Notes under the pieces: generated by a model
Told to the model about the DNA's origin: nothing
What the model saw: the letters and a program-made list of their open reading frames with translations, nothing else
Databases searched by the model: none
Part shown: piece by piece, positions 8,967 to 17,626 of the stretch
How positions within the stretch are numbered: position 1 is the first letter of the stretch
How the letters are laid out: each line of letters begins with the position of its first letter
Made by a program: the position numbers and the translations under genes
Source: Alphaproteobacteria bacterium
Lineage (GTDB): Bacteria; Pseudomonadota; Alphaproteobacteria; UBA9219; RGZA01
Direction: 5' to 3'
DNA: 64,000 nucleotides
Assembly (NCBI GenBank): GCA_028278105.1
Contig: JANQEX010000074.1
Location: 6,237-70,236 of the forward strand

Positions 8967-10856
8967 TCAAGCCAGCGCCCTTGCCACCCAATAGGTCACG
9001 CCTGCCGCGGCATAGGCCAGCGCGAACAGGTAACCGGCCATAAAAGCGGTCCATTTCCAGCTTCCGGTCTCGCGCCGGGCCACGGCAAGAGTGGCGAAGC
9101 ACATCGGCGCGTAAACATACCAGGCCAGAAAGGCCAGGGCGGTCGGCAGGGTCCAGGCGTTTTGCAGCGTGGCGGAGAGGCTTTTTTCCAGCGCGCCGCC
9201 CGTGTCCGCCACGGCATAAACCGTGCCAAGCGCCGCCACCGCCACCTCGCGCGCGGCCATGCCGGGCACGAGGGCGATGCAGATTTCCCAATTAAAACCG
9301 ATGGGGCGGAACAGCGTTTCCAACACCCGGCCAAGCTGTCCCGCGAAACTGTAATAGATGGCCGGTTCGGACGCGCCGCCGGGCGGGGCGGGGAAGCTTG
9401 CCAGAAACCACAGCATGATGGCGGTGAGTAAAATGATCGTTCCCGCGCGGCGTAAAAAGGCATAGGCCCGCGTCCACAGTCCCAGCAGCAGGTCGCGCGG
9501 GACGGGAAGCTGGTATTTCGGCAATTCCATCAACAAGGGCTGCGCGCGCCCCTTTGCAAGGGTGAATTTCAAAACCGCCGCCATGGCAAGCGCGCTGAGA
9601 ATTCCCGCGATGTAAAGCCCGAACATCACAAGCCCCTGCAAGCCGATGCCCCCGGCCACCGCGTGGTTGGGGATGAAGGCCGCGATAATCAGCGTGAAAA
9701 CCGGCAGGCGGGCCGCGCAGGTCATCAGCGGCGCGATCATGATGGTGGTCATGCGGTCGCGCGGCGGATCAATCACGCGGGTGGCCATGATGCCGGGAAT
9801 GGCGCAGGCGAAGCTGGACAAAAGCGGAATGAAGGCGCGGCCGTTCAGGCCCACGGCGCTCATCAGCCGGTCCATCAGGAAGGCGGCGCGGGTCATGTAG
9901 CCGCTTTGCTCCAGCAGCAGGATAAAGGCGAACAGCAACAATATTTGCGGCAGGAAAATCACCACCGAGCCCACGCCGGCAATCACGCCATCGCTTATCA
10001 GGTCCGCCATCCAGCCTTGCGGCAAATGCGCCGAAGCCTGCGCCTGGAACCAGCCGAACAGGGATTCGATGGCGTTCATCGGCGCTTCGGCCCAGCTAAA
10101 CACCGCCTGAAACATCAGGAACACCACCGCCAGCAGCACCAAAGGCCCCGCCACGGGATGCAAGGCGATGGAATCAACGGCGCGGGTCAGGCGAAGAACG
10201 GCGCCTTCGCTTAACAGGACATGATCGGCAATCATGCGGGCGCGGCGCTGAAGCTCGCGCAGATCGGCCGCGTCCAGCGGGCGGTAGTTTTCGGAAGCGC
10301 AAGGGGTGGCGGCGAGGGTTTTCAGGATTTGCGGCAGCTTCGCGCGCAACTCGTTCAGCCCCGCGCGGCGCACCGCCACGGTGGGGATCACCGGCAGGCC
10401 AAGCTCCTGGGAAAGGCGGTGAATGTCGATGCGGATGCCGTTGCGCGCGGTCAGATCCATCATGTTCAGCGCCACGATCATGGGCATGCCGAGCCGCTGC
10501 ATTTCCAGCACCAGACGCAGGCCAAGGCGCAGATTGGTGGCGTCCACCACGCACACAAGGAAAGAGGGGCGCGGGTCATGCGCGCGCCTGCCAAGCAGCA
10601 CCTCGCGGGCGATGGTATGGTCGATGCCGGGCGCGTCCAGGCTGTAGGCGCCGGGAAGATCGACCAGTTCAATCTCGCAATCGTCAGCAAGCACGGCGCG
10701 GCCCCAGCGGCGCTCGACCGTGGCGCCGGGATAATTGGCCACTTTCTGGCGGCCGCCGGTCAATCCGTTGAACAGGGCGCTCTTGCCGCAATTCGGCACG
10801 CCCGCCAGCGCAAGGCGAAAGACCGGCCGGGGCGTGAGGGAACTCGCTTCCGTCAC
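8967..10856 (-). CDS. feoB: Ferrous iron transporter FeoB
   Basis: N-terminal G-domain (GVPNCGKS, DLPG), and polytopic membrane domain with Gate motifs. Confidence 0.9.
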   Translation of the reverse strand: MTEASSLTPRPVFRLALAGVPNCGKSALFNGLTGGRQKVANYPGATVERRWGRAVLADDCEIELVDLPGAYSLDAPGIDHTIAREVLLGRRAHDPRPSFLVCVVDATNLRLGLRLVLEMQRLGMPMIVALNMMDLTARNGIRIDIHRLSQELGLPVIPTVAVRRAGLNELRAKLPQILKTLAATPCASENYRPLDAADLRELQRRARMIADHVLLSEGAVLRLTRAVDSIALHPVAGPLVLLAVVFLMFQAVFSWAEAPMNAIESLFGWFQAQASAHLPQGWMADLISDGVIAGVGSVVIFLPQILLLFAFILLLEQSGYMTRAAFLMDRLMSAVGLNGRAFIPLLSSFACAIPGIMATRVIDPPRDRMTTIMIAPLMTCAARLPVFTLIIAAFIPNHAVAGGIGLQGLVMFGLYIAGILSALAMAAVLKFTLAKGRAQPLLMELPKYQLPVPRDLLLGLWTRAYAFLRRAGTIILLTAIMLWFLASFPAPPGGASEPAIYYSFAGQLGRVLETLFRPIGFNWEICIALVPGMAAREVAVAALGTVYAVADTGGALEKSLSATLQNAWTLPTALAFLAWYVYAPMCFATLAVARRETGSWKWTAFMAGYLFALAYAAAGVTYWVARALA

Positions 10857-10971
10857 GAGCGGTTGCGGGAAGCGTGGCGCGGAAAGCAGGGCCTTTGCAC
10901 AAGCGCCAGGCGTGCCGCAGGGCGCGTGACGAAGAGAGAGCGGGTTACTTCACGGGGCTCCTGACGGAAGT

Positions 10972-11250
10972 TCATTCGGCGGCCTCTTGTACGCCCCCGG
11001 CCGCCAGCGGCTCGACCTCGATAAAGCGGGCGTTCTCGCGCCGGATGGCGATGACATGCTCGCCGCTTTGCACCGCCAGCGGATTGCCGAACAGACCGCG
11101 ATGCAGCACCTCGACGATTTTTCCTTCCTCAAGCCCGATCTCAATCAGGTTGCGCTCGCCTTCCGCGCAGGAAGCGCCGCCGACAATGCGGGTAATGCGC
11201 GCGCGCCGGTGAAGCGGCAAATCGGAAAGGGCAAAGAGCATATGCGTCAA
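10972..11250 (-). CDS. feoA: Ferrous iron transport protein FeoA
   Basis: Small SH3-like FeoA domain immediately upstream of feoB (RITRIVGG...GLEEGKIVEV). Confidence 0.8.
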   Translation of the reverse strand: MTHMLFALSDLPLHRRARITRIVGGASCAEGERNLIEIGLEEGKIVEVLHRGLFGNPLAVQSGEHVIAIRRENARFIEVEPLAAGGVQEAAE

Positions 11251-11534
11251 GCCTTTGAAAACAAGAACGCTCCAGCCTAGCCCAGTTAAGAATGGCTTGC
11301 AATTTGGATTTTCTAGGGGTAGTGGGTCAATTTGCTTTTATATTCATGCTCGCGGAAGCGGGCATCCCATTTTTCTTGGAAAAAAAATGGAACCCCCGCC
11401 GGGGTCTTGGCGCACCCGTTGCGCCGAAGCTTGCGGAGGCGAACAGGCGGGAGTCTACGCTGTAAATCCGCTGGTTATGCACCATGGGTTTAAAGCGTGG
11501 ATGCCCGCCGTCGCGGGCATGACATCGGTTCTGT

Positions 11535-11658
11535 TTAGGGTCTGAACTCAATTAGAAATGAATCAAACCAAACAAATAACTGCTCATTCCGGCGAAAGCC
11601 GGGGTGAGAAGTTGTTTTTTCGAATAAAAAAACCTGCTTAATTGAGTCCAGACCCTAG
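11535..11658. mobile_element. MITE-like element, complete copy (124 bp) with about 20-bp TIRs GGGTCTGAACTCAATTAG / CTAATTGAGTCCAGACCC flanked by TA
   Basis: The ends are perfect inverted repeats. A TA dinucleotide lies on both flanks. Related copies at 17140, 23418, 32392 and 53943. Confidence 0.75.
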
Positions 11659-11693
11659 TAGGATTTGTTCCAAGTACAAAACGCGAGGGCAAC

Positions 11694-12005
11694 ATGAAAA
11701 CGCGCAAGATCAACCCGGCGCATCCGGGCCGCGTCCTGAAACAGGAATTCATGGAGCCGCTTGGCGTGAGCAATTACAGGCTCGCGCGCGCTTCCGGCCT
11801 TTCGCAAACGCTGATCGGCCGCATCGTATGCGGCAAGGCGGGCATTACCGCGCCGGTCGCCTTGCGGCTGGAGGCGGTGTTCGGCATGGATGCCGAAACC
11901 TGGCTCAACATGCAAAGCACATATGACCTTCTTTTGGCGCGGCAAAGCGACGGCGGCACCACGCGCAAGGCCGCACGGCGAATTGCGGATGAAATAAGGG
12001 CATAA
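11694..12005 (+). CDS. higA: HigA-family antitoxin / XRE-type HTH protein (solo, no adjacent higB)
   Basis: HTH_XRE antidote-protein signature (NPAHPGRVLKQEFMEPLGVS...LARASGLSQTLIGRIV...TAPVALRLEAVFG). Paralogous to the higA at 54504. Confidence 0.7.
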   Translation: MKTRKINPAHPGRVLKQEFMEPLGVSNYRLARASGLSQTLIGRIVCGKAGITAPVALRLEAVFGMDAETWLNMQSTYDLLLARQSDGGTTRKAARRIADEIRA

Positions 12006-12017
12006 GCGAAGCGTTTC

Positions 12018-13007
12018 TTACACCGTTTTCTCAAACGCCTCTTCCCATGTGCCTTGCGTGGCGGCCTTGGAGTATTCGGTGGCGCGGGCCTCGAAGAAAT
12101 TGGCGTGCTCCATGCCGTTCAGAATATCGTCCATCCAGGGAAGCGGGTTTTTCTCGACGCCATAGATGGGCTTCAGCCCAAGCTGTTCCAGCCGCCGGTC
12201 GGCGATATGGCGGATATAGTGTTTCACTTCGTCCGCCGTCAGGCCTTCCACCGGGCCCAGTTCGAAGGCCAGATCGATAAACGCATCTTCGTGGTGGACG
12301 ATGGTCCGGCAGGCCTCCACGATGTCGTTCCGTAGCCTGTCCGTCCACACATCGGGGTTTTCCTCAATGAAGGTGCGGAACAGGCGGATAATGCTTTGCG
12401 TGTGCAGCGTTTCATCGCGCACCGACCATGTCACGATCTGTCCCATGCCCTTCAGCTTGTTGAAGCGCGGGAAGTTCATCAAAATGGCGAAAGAAGCGAA
12501 AAGCTGAAGCCCTTCGGTAAAAGCGCCGAACACCGCCATGGTGCGGGCGATTTCATAGGGATTTTCGACATTGAATCCCTGCATGTAGTCGTATTTGTCC
12601 TTCATCTGCTTGTAGCGCAGGAAGGCCGAATACTCGATCTCCGGCATGCCGATGGTGTCCAGCAGGTGCGAATAGGCGGCGATATGCACCGTCTCCATGT
12701 TCGAAAACGCCGCCAGCATCATGCAGACTTCGGTCGGCTTGAACACGCGGGCGTAGTGACGCATGTAGCAGTTGTTCACTTCCACGTCCGCCTGCGTGAA
12801 GAAGCGGAAAATCTGCGTCACGAGATTGCGCTCGCCCTCGGTCAGCTTCTTGTGCCAGTCCTTCACGTCGTCGGCCAGCGGCACTTCTTCGGGCAGCCAG
12901 TGAATCTGCTGCTGCTTGAGCCACATCTCATAGGCCCAGGGATAGTGAAACGGCTTGTAGACAGGGTTGTCGGTGAGGAGGTTGGGCATGGGAGCTTTGG
13001 CAGGCAT
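12018..13007 (-). CDS. nrdB: Ribonucleotide reductase class I beta subunit
   Basis: Ferritin-like di-iron ligands (E..H motifs) and a tyrosyl-radical Tyr four residues after the His (HIAAY). Confidence 0.9.
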   Translation of the reverse strand: MPAKAPMPNLLTDNPVYKPFHYPWAYEMWLKQQQIHWLPEEVPLADDVKDWHKKLTEGERNLVTQIFRFFTQADVEVNNCYMRHYARVFKPTEVCMMLAAFSNMETVHIAAYSHLLDTIGMPEIEYSAFLRYKQMKDKYDYMQGFNVENPYEIARTMAVFGAFTEGLQLFASFAILMNFPRFNKLKGMGQIVTWSVRDETLHTQSIIRLFRTFIEENPDVWTDRLRNDIVEACRTIVHHEDAFIDLAFELGPVEGLTADEVKHYIRHIADRRLEQLGLKPIYGVEKNPLPWMDDILNGMEHANFFEARATEYSKAATQGTWEEAFEKTV

Positions 13008-13159
13008 AAGTTGGAAAAATTACAACCTTTGGTCACGGCGTCATTGCGGGCGGCCAACGGAAGCGACGCAATCCAGAAGACTTATAAATTAAAGGTGCTG
13101 AATTGCTTCGCCGGCCCCTATGGGCCTCCTGGCAATGACGAAATGAAGAAACAGAAAGT

Positions 13160-13471
13160 TTACTTGGAACCGCTTCTTTGGATCTGCCCAAGGATGTCAA
13201 GGCACCACTCAACCTCGATGCGGGCGAGTTGCGTTTTTTCGTCTTCCGAATAATTTTCCGCGCCGTCCTGGGTGATCTCGCGGAAGAGGCGCAGCGCCTC
13301 GAACGCGGCCACGTAGGACACCTCTTCCTTCATGCCCTCCGGCAGGCGCCGGGCAATCCGGCGGCCGAGCGTGGCCTTGGTCAGCTCGGCAAGGTCCACC
13401 ACGATTTCCTGGCGAAAGCCGCGCATGGAGTCCGGAGTGAGGGGGAGAAGGGAGTGGGGAGTCGTTTGCAT
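13160..13471 (-). CDS. Small hypothetical protein between nrdA and nrdB (about 103 aa)
   Basis: ORF with high-GC3 codon usage typical of the host genome. No recognised domain. An alternative start at 13525. Confidence 0.4.
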   Translation of the reverse strand: MQTTPHSLLPLTPDSMRGFRQEIVVDLAELTKATLGRRIARRLPEGMKEEVSYVAAFEALRLFREITQDGAENYSEDEKTQLARIEVEWCLDILGQIQRSGSK

Positions 13472-13553
13472 GCTACGCTCGTTTCCTTCAAAAGCCGGTG
13501 GGGAAGCCGGGTTACATAGACCCAAACAGGCGGCCTGTCACCTCTCTTTTATA

Positions 13554-15425
13554 TCACTGACAGGACAGGCATTCCTCGTATTTATTACTTTCATCAACGG
13601 ATTCAACGAGTGTCGCGCCGCTCATGGGCAGGCGGGGCTCGTCATTGGCCGCTGGTTTTGGGGTATTCCTGTCAAGAAAGCTTTTCGCGGTATCGGTATT
13701 CTCGGCCCGCGCCACCGAGCGCGAGCGGCAATAATAAAGACTCTTCACGCCTTTTTTCCATGCCGTGAAATGAATCTGGTGCAGATCGCGCTTGTGCACG
13801 TTGGCGGGCAGGAAGATGTTCAGGCTTTGCGACTGGCAGATGAAAGGCGCGCGGTCGGCCGCGAGTTCGACGACCCAGCGCTGATCGATTTCGAATGCGG
13901 TGCGGAACACCATTTTTTCCTGCTCCGACAGGAAGGGCAGATGCTGCACCGATCCTTCCAGCAGCGTGATTGAGCGCCAGACGTCATCATTGTTCTGGCC
14001 GTATCTGGCCAAAACCGTCTCAAGATGCTTGTTGCGCACGGGAAAGGAACCGGAAAGCGTCTTGTGGGTATAGGAGTTGCCCACAATCGGCTCGATGCCC
14101 GGCGAAGCCCCGCCGCAAATGATGGATATGGAGGCCGTCGGGGCGATGGCGATCTTGTTGGAAAAACGCTCATTGATGCCGAAATCCTTGGCGTCGGGGC
14201 AGGCGTCCCTGGTTTGCGCCAGAAGCTGCGAAGCCTTGTCGGCCTCCGCCTTGATGTGGCTGAAAACGCGCTTGTTCCATACCTTGGCCATCACCGACTC
14301 CCACGGCACGCCTTGCGCCTGAAGGAAGGAATGAAAGCCCATCACGCCGAGACCCACCGAGCGTTCGCGCATGGCGGAATAGCGGGCGCGGGCCATCTGG
14401 CCGGGCGCGCGTTCGATGAAATCCTGCAAGACATTGTCGAGGAAGCGCAGGCAATCGGTGATGAAAGAAGGGTGTTCCTGCCATTCCAGAAAGTATTCCA
14501 GATTGAGTGACGAGAGGCAGCATACGGCCGTGCGGTCCTGGCCAAAGCGGTCGGGGCCGGTGGACAGGGTGATCTCCGAGCAGAGATTCGACATCTTGAC
14601 CATGTGTCCCGCCAGCTTCTGGTGTTCGGGCAGGGCGCGGTTCACATGGTCGATGAACAGAAGATAAGGCTCGCCCGTTTCGACGCGGGCGGTCAGGATG
14701 CGAATCCAGAGCGCGCGGGCGGAGATGCGGCGGATGACGCTGTTGTCCTTGGGACTCGTCAGGGCCCATTCCTCGTCGTTTTCCACGGCGCGCATGAAGG
14801 CGTCGGGAATGACCACGCCATGATGCAGGTTCAGGGATTTGCGGTTGGCGTCGCCGCCGGTCGGGCGGCGCATTTCGATGAATTCCTCAATCTCCGGGTG
14901 GCTGACCGGCAGGTAGGTGGCCGCCGATCCGCGGCGCAGGCTTCCCTGGCTGATGGCGAGCGTCAGCGCGTCCATCACCTTGATGAAGGGCATGATGCCC
15001 GATGTCTTGCCGTTGCCGCCCACCTTTTCGCCGATGGAGCGCAGATTTCCCCAATAGCTGCCGATGCCGCCCCCTCTGGCGGCCAGCCACACATTCTCGT
15101 TCCATAAATCGACAATGCCGGTCAGGCTGTCGCTGGCCTCGTTCAGGAAGCAGGAGATCGGCAACCCGCGCTCGGTGCCGCCATTGCTCAGAACCGGCGT
15201 GGCGGGCATGAACCACAGATTGCTCATATAGTCGTAGATGCGCTGGGCGTGGGCGGTGTCGTCGGCATAATGCATGGCCACGCGGGCGAACATGTCCTGC
15301 GGGTCTTCGCCGGGCAGAAGATAGCGGTCTTCCAGCGTGGCATGGCCAAAAGGCGTCACCCGGCCGTTGCGCGACCGGTCAAGAATAACCTTGGGGCCCT
15401 GTTCAACCTGGACGACATCAAACAT
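13554..15425 (-). CDS. nrdA: Ribonucleotide reductase class I alpha subunit (no ATP-cone)
   Basis: Contains the RNR catalytic signatures NLCSEI and the C-terminal CxxC redox pair (ECLSCQ). Start placed at MFDVVQ (AAGGAG RBS 7 nt upstream). The ORF track extends to 15536. Confidence 0.85.
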   Translation of the reverse strand: MFDVVQVEQGPKVILDRSRNGRVTPFGHATLEDRYLLPGEDPQDMFARVAMHYADDTAHAQRIYDYMSNLWFMPATPVLSNGGTERGLPISCFLNEASDSLTGIVDLWNENVWLAARGGGIGSYWGNLRSIGEKVGGNGKTSGIMPFIKVMDALTLAISQGSLRRGSAATYLPVSHPEIEEFIEMRRPTGGDANRKSLNLHHGVVIPDAFMRAVENDEEWALTSPKDNSVIRRISARALWIRILTARVETGEPYLLFIDHVNRALPEHQKLAGHMVKMSNLCSEITLSTGPDRFGQDRTAVCCLSSLNLEYFLEWQEHPSFITDCLRFLDNVLQDFIERAPGQMARARYSAMRERSVGLGVMGFHSFLQAQGVPWESVMAKVWNKRVFSHIKAEADKASQLLAQTRDACPDAKDFGINERFSNKIAIAPTASISIICGGASPGIEPIVGNSYTHKTLSGSFPVRNKHLETVLARYGQNNDDVWRSITLLEGSVQHLPFLSEQEKMVFRTAFEIDQRWVVELAADRAPFICQSQSLNIFLPANVHKRDLHQIHFTAWKKGVKSLYYCRSRSVARAENTDTAKSFLDRNTPKPAANDEPRLPMSGATLVESVDESNKYEECLSCQ

Positions 15426-15573
15426 CGACGGACTCCTTAGTACTTCGCGGGCGGGCAAATCAGCCGCCGCAAGGGGTGAAAGCGCGGATTTTGGATTGTG
15501 GAGCCGAATTCGGCCCACCGGTCCATGAACAGCCACGAAGGCAAGAACGGCTTGGCATTGCGTGTCCTCCGCA

Positions 15574-15632
15574 GCTATCCACAGCTATTGATAAGTGTCG
15601 GTGTGGATAAGACTGTAACCACCACATATTGT
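15574..15632. promoter_or_regulatory. nrdA upstream control region: two inverted DnaA boxes (CTATCCACA at 15574..15582, rc TTATCCACA at 15601..15609) and an NrdR-box-like palindrome CCACATATTGTGG (15620..15632)
   Basis: Sequence matches to the TTATCCACA DnaA-box consensus and to the palindromic NrdR-box class. Located about 150-200 bp upstream of the nrdA start in an AT-rich leader. Confidence 0.5.
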
Positions 15633-16051
15633 GGAAATGAAAAATCATAATACCAAAGATTGCGTTAAAGTCACCAATCAAGGAGTTTATTCCGCTATGC
15701 AAAAAACACTGGGTTAACCTTGGATCAAATCTGTTTTGGTTCACGAATTTATTTTTGGATTCTGTCCGGATTCTTTTCTTTCTCCACCAGATTTTTGCTG
15801 AAAGGAAAGAAAATAATCGGGTTTGGAAAGCTTTTTTGGAAAAAACGCCAAGCAAGAGACCCCACCTCGCCAGAAAATAAAAAGCACGGATTTTGCCGAA
15901 TGAAATTCAGGCATCTGTTATTCTCTCGATTGGCATTTCTTCTTTTCTTCTTACGTGTACACGCAAAAATAGATAATAAACACCACTTTAAAATTTTTAT
16001 TCTGCCTTACGAATGCTCAGTCCTGCACGACCATTTCGAATCCTGCACATC

Positions 16052-17071
16052 ATGGCCAGCCGCGGCCTTGGCGGGGCGGAAACCTATGCGGGCGACATCA
16101 TGCTGAGCCTCCATGGGGCGGGCGTCGATCAGGACGTGGTGATGGCGAAGGATGCCCCGCGCCGCGCCGAGATTGCCGCCGCAGGCGTTCGCGTCCATGG
16201 GAATATTCTGGCGGCTCCCCTGCGCGGCATGCAAAAAGCGCGGCTGCGCCGCCTGGTGGAGCAGGCAAAACCCGGCCTGATCCATTGCTGGATGCGCCGC
16301 GCGGCAAGCCTTGTTCCTGAAAAAACGGGCATACCGGTCATCGGCTGGTTCGGCGGCTATTACGACCCGCGCCATTTCGCCCGCTGCACGCAGTTTGCCG
16401 GTGTCACGCGGGATATTGTGGCTCACATGATTGCGCAAGGCGTGCCTGCCGGTCACGCCCATTTTGTGCCGACTTTTCCCGATGTGAAGGACGGGCCGCC
16501 GGTGGACCGCGTCCACCTGCAAACGCCCGAAAAAGCGAAGGTGATTTTGGCGCTTTCCCGCCTTCACCCCAAAAAAGGGCTGGATACGCTGTTGCGCGCC
16601 GCGCAGGGTCTGGCGGGCGTTCATCTGTGGCTTGCGGGCGAGGGACCGCTCCGGCGCGCGTTGCAGCGCCTTGCGCGTACGTTGAACATGGAAGAGCGCG
16701 TGCGCTTCCTTGGCTGGCGCACCGACCGGGGCGCGCTTTTACGGGCGGCGGATGTCTGTGTGCTGCCTTCGCGCTATGAGCCGTTCGGCACCGTGATTCT
16801 GGAAGCCTGGGCGGCGAAAACGCCGCTGGTGGCCTGCCGGAGCGCCGGTCCCGCCGCGCATGTCGAGGACGGGGAAAACGGCCTGCTCGTTCCCATTGAT
16901 GATGTCAAAGGTCTCGCCGAAGCCTTGAAGCGCGTATTGGATGATAAATCCTTGCGGCAAAGGCTGATTGAAGGCGGCCATGCCCGTTATCAGGACGACT
17001 ATACGCGCGAAGCGGTAACAAAACGCATGATTGCCCTTTACCGTGAGTTGACGGGGAGACAGGCAAAGTAA
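16052..17071 (+). CDS. Glycosyltransferase family 4 (GT-B, group 1)
   Basis: C-terminal EX7E-type motif region (RYEPFGTVILEAW...VEDGENGLLVP). The ORF could start at 16013. Confidence 0.75.
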   Translation: MASRGLGGAETYAGDIMLSLHGAGVDQDVVMAKDAPRRAEIAAAGVRVHGNILAAPLRGMQKARLRRLVEQAKPGLIHCWMRRAASLVPEKTGIPVIGWFGGYYDPRHFARCTQFAGVTRDIVAHMIAQGVPAGHAHFVPTFPDVKDGPPVDRVHLQTPEKAKVILALSRLHPKKGLDTLLRAAQGLAGVHLWLAGEGPLRRALQRLARTLNMEERVRFLGWRTDRGALLRAADVCVLPSRYEPFGTVILEAWAAKTPLVACRSAGPAAHVEDGENGLLVPIDDVKGLAEALKRVLDDKSLRQRLIEGGHARYQDDYTREAVTKRMIALYRELTGRQAK

Positions 17072-17139
17072 TTATAGCCGTACCCATTCATTTCCATGCA
17101 TCCCACCCCGAACACTCCCGCGGAAGCGGGAGTCTCGTT

Positions 17140-17345
17140 TAGGGTCTAGACTCAATTAGAAATGAATCAAACCAAACAGATAGCTGCTCATTCCGGCGCA
17201 AGCCGGAATCCAGCAACCGCCGAAGGCGGGTGCATGAAGCCTCCGGCTTCATGCTGGACCCCGGCTGGAGCCTGCCCCTGCCCCCGCCTTCGCGGGGGTA
17301 AACTCCAGCGGGGGCGGGAATATGCATATGGGCAATCCCCATATG
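17140..17345. mobile_element. MITE-like element, partial/variant copy (left TIR only, extended GC-rich hairpin modules)
   Basis: Left TIR TAGGGTCTAGACTCAATTAG with the conserved internal core AATGAATCAAACCAAACAGATAGCTGCTCATTCCGGC. No right TIR. Confidence 0.6.
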
Positions 17346-17492
17346 AAAATTATTTGGTTTTGCTATAGACATGGCAGAAACATGTCCTCCTCCCTTTGGG
17401 AGGGGATAGGGGAGGGATATCGAAAAGGGTCGAGAGGGTCATAAGGGGTCAAGAGGGTCAAAGACCCTTGAGCCTCCTATCCCTCCAGTTAT

Positions 17493-17592
17493 CTCTCCCC
17501 TTTGCTCCCTCTCCGCCTTCGCTCCGCGAGCTACGGCGGACGAGCTTTCTCCAAGGACCCGCCGGAGCCTTGGCGCAGGCGGGCCGGAGGCA
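17493..17592. repeat. About 90-bp GC-rich palindromic element (CTCCGCCTTCGC...CTACGGCGGACGAGCTTTCTCCAAGGACCCGCCGGAGCCTTGGCGCAGGCGGGCCGGAGG)
   Basis: Other copies at 21866..21965, 28859..28960 and 58478..58570 (inverted). Partial copies at 27735..27790 and 49040..49095. Confidence 0.75.
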
Positions 17593-17626
17593 GGGGAATA
17601 TTCCGGCGCGATCAGGAACCACGCAC

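Noticed and set aside
15460-16106. ORFs 15460..15855 (-) and 15720..16106 (+) in the AT-rich nrdA leader
   Set aside because: Low-complexity translations (FFSFSTRFLLKGKK...) in a promoter/leader region containing DnaA and NrdR-like motifs. No RBS or codon-usage support.
17396-17626. N-terminal extension of the O-antigen-ligase ORF and of other ORFs starting inside repeats (for example 23676..23729, 21619..21846)
   Set aside because: These segments are copies of the interspersed GC-rich palindromic repeats. Their 'protein' sequences recur in different frames elsewhere, so the true starts are the downstream ATGs.
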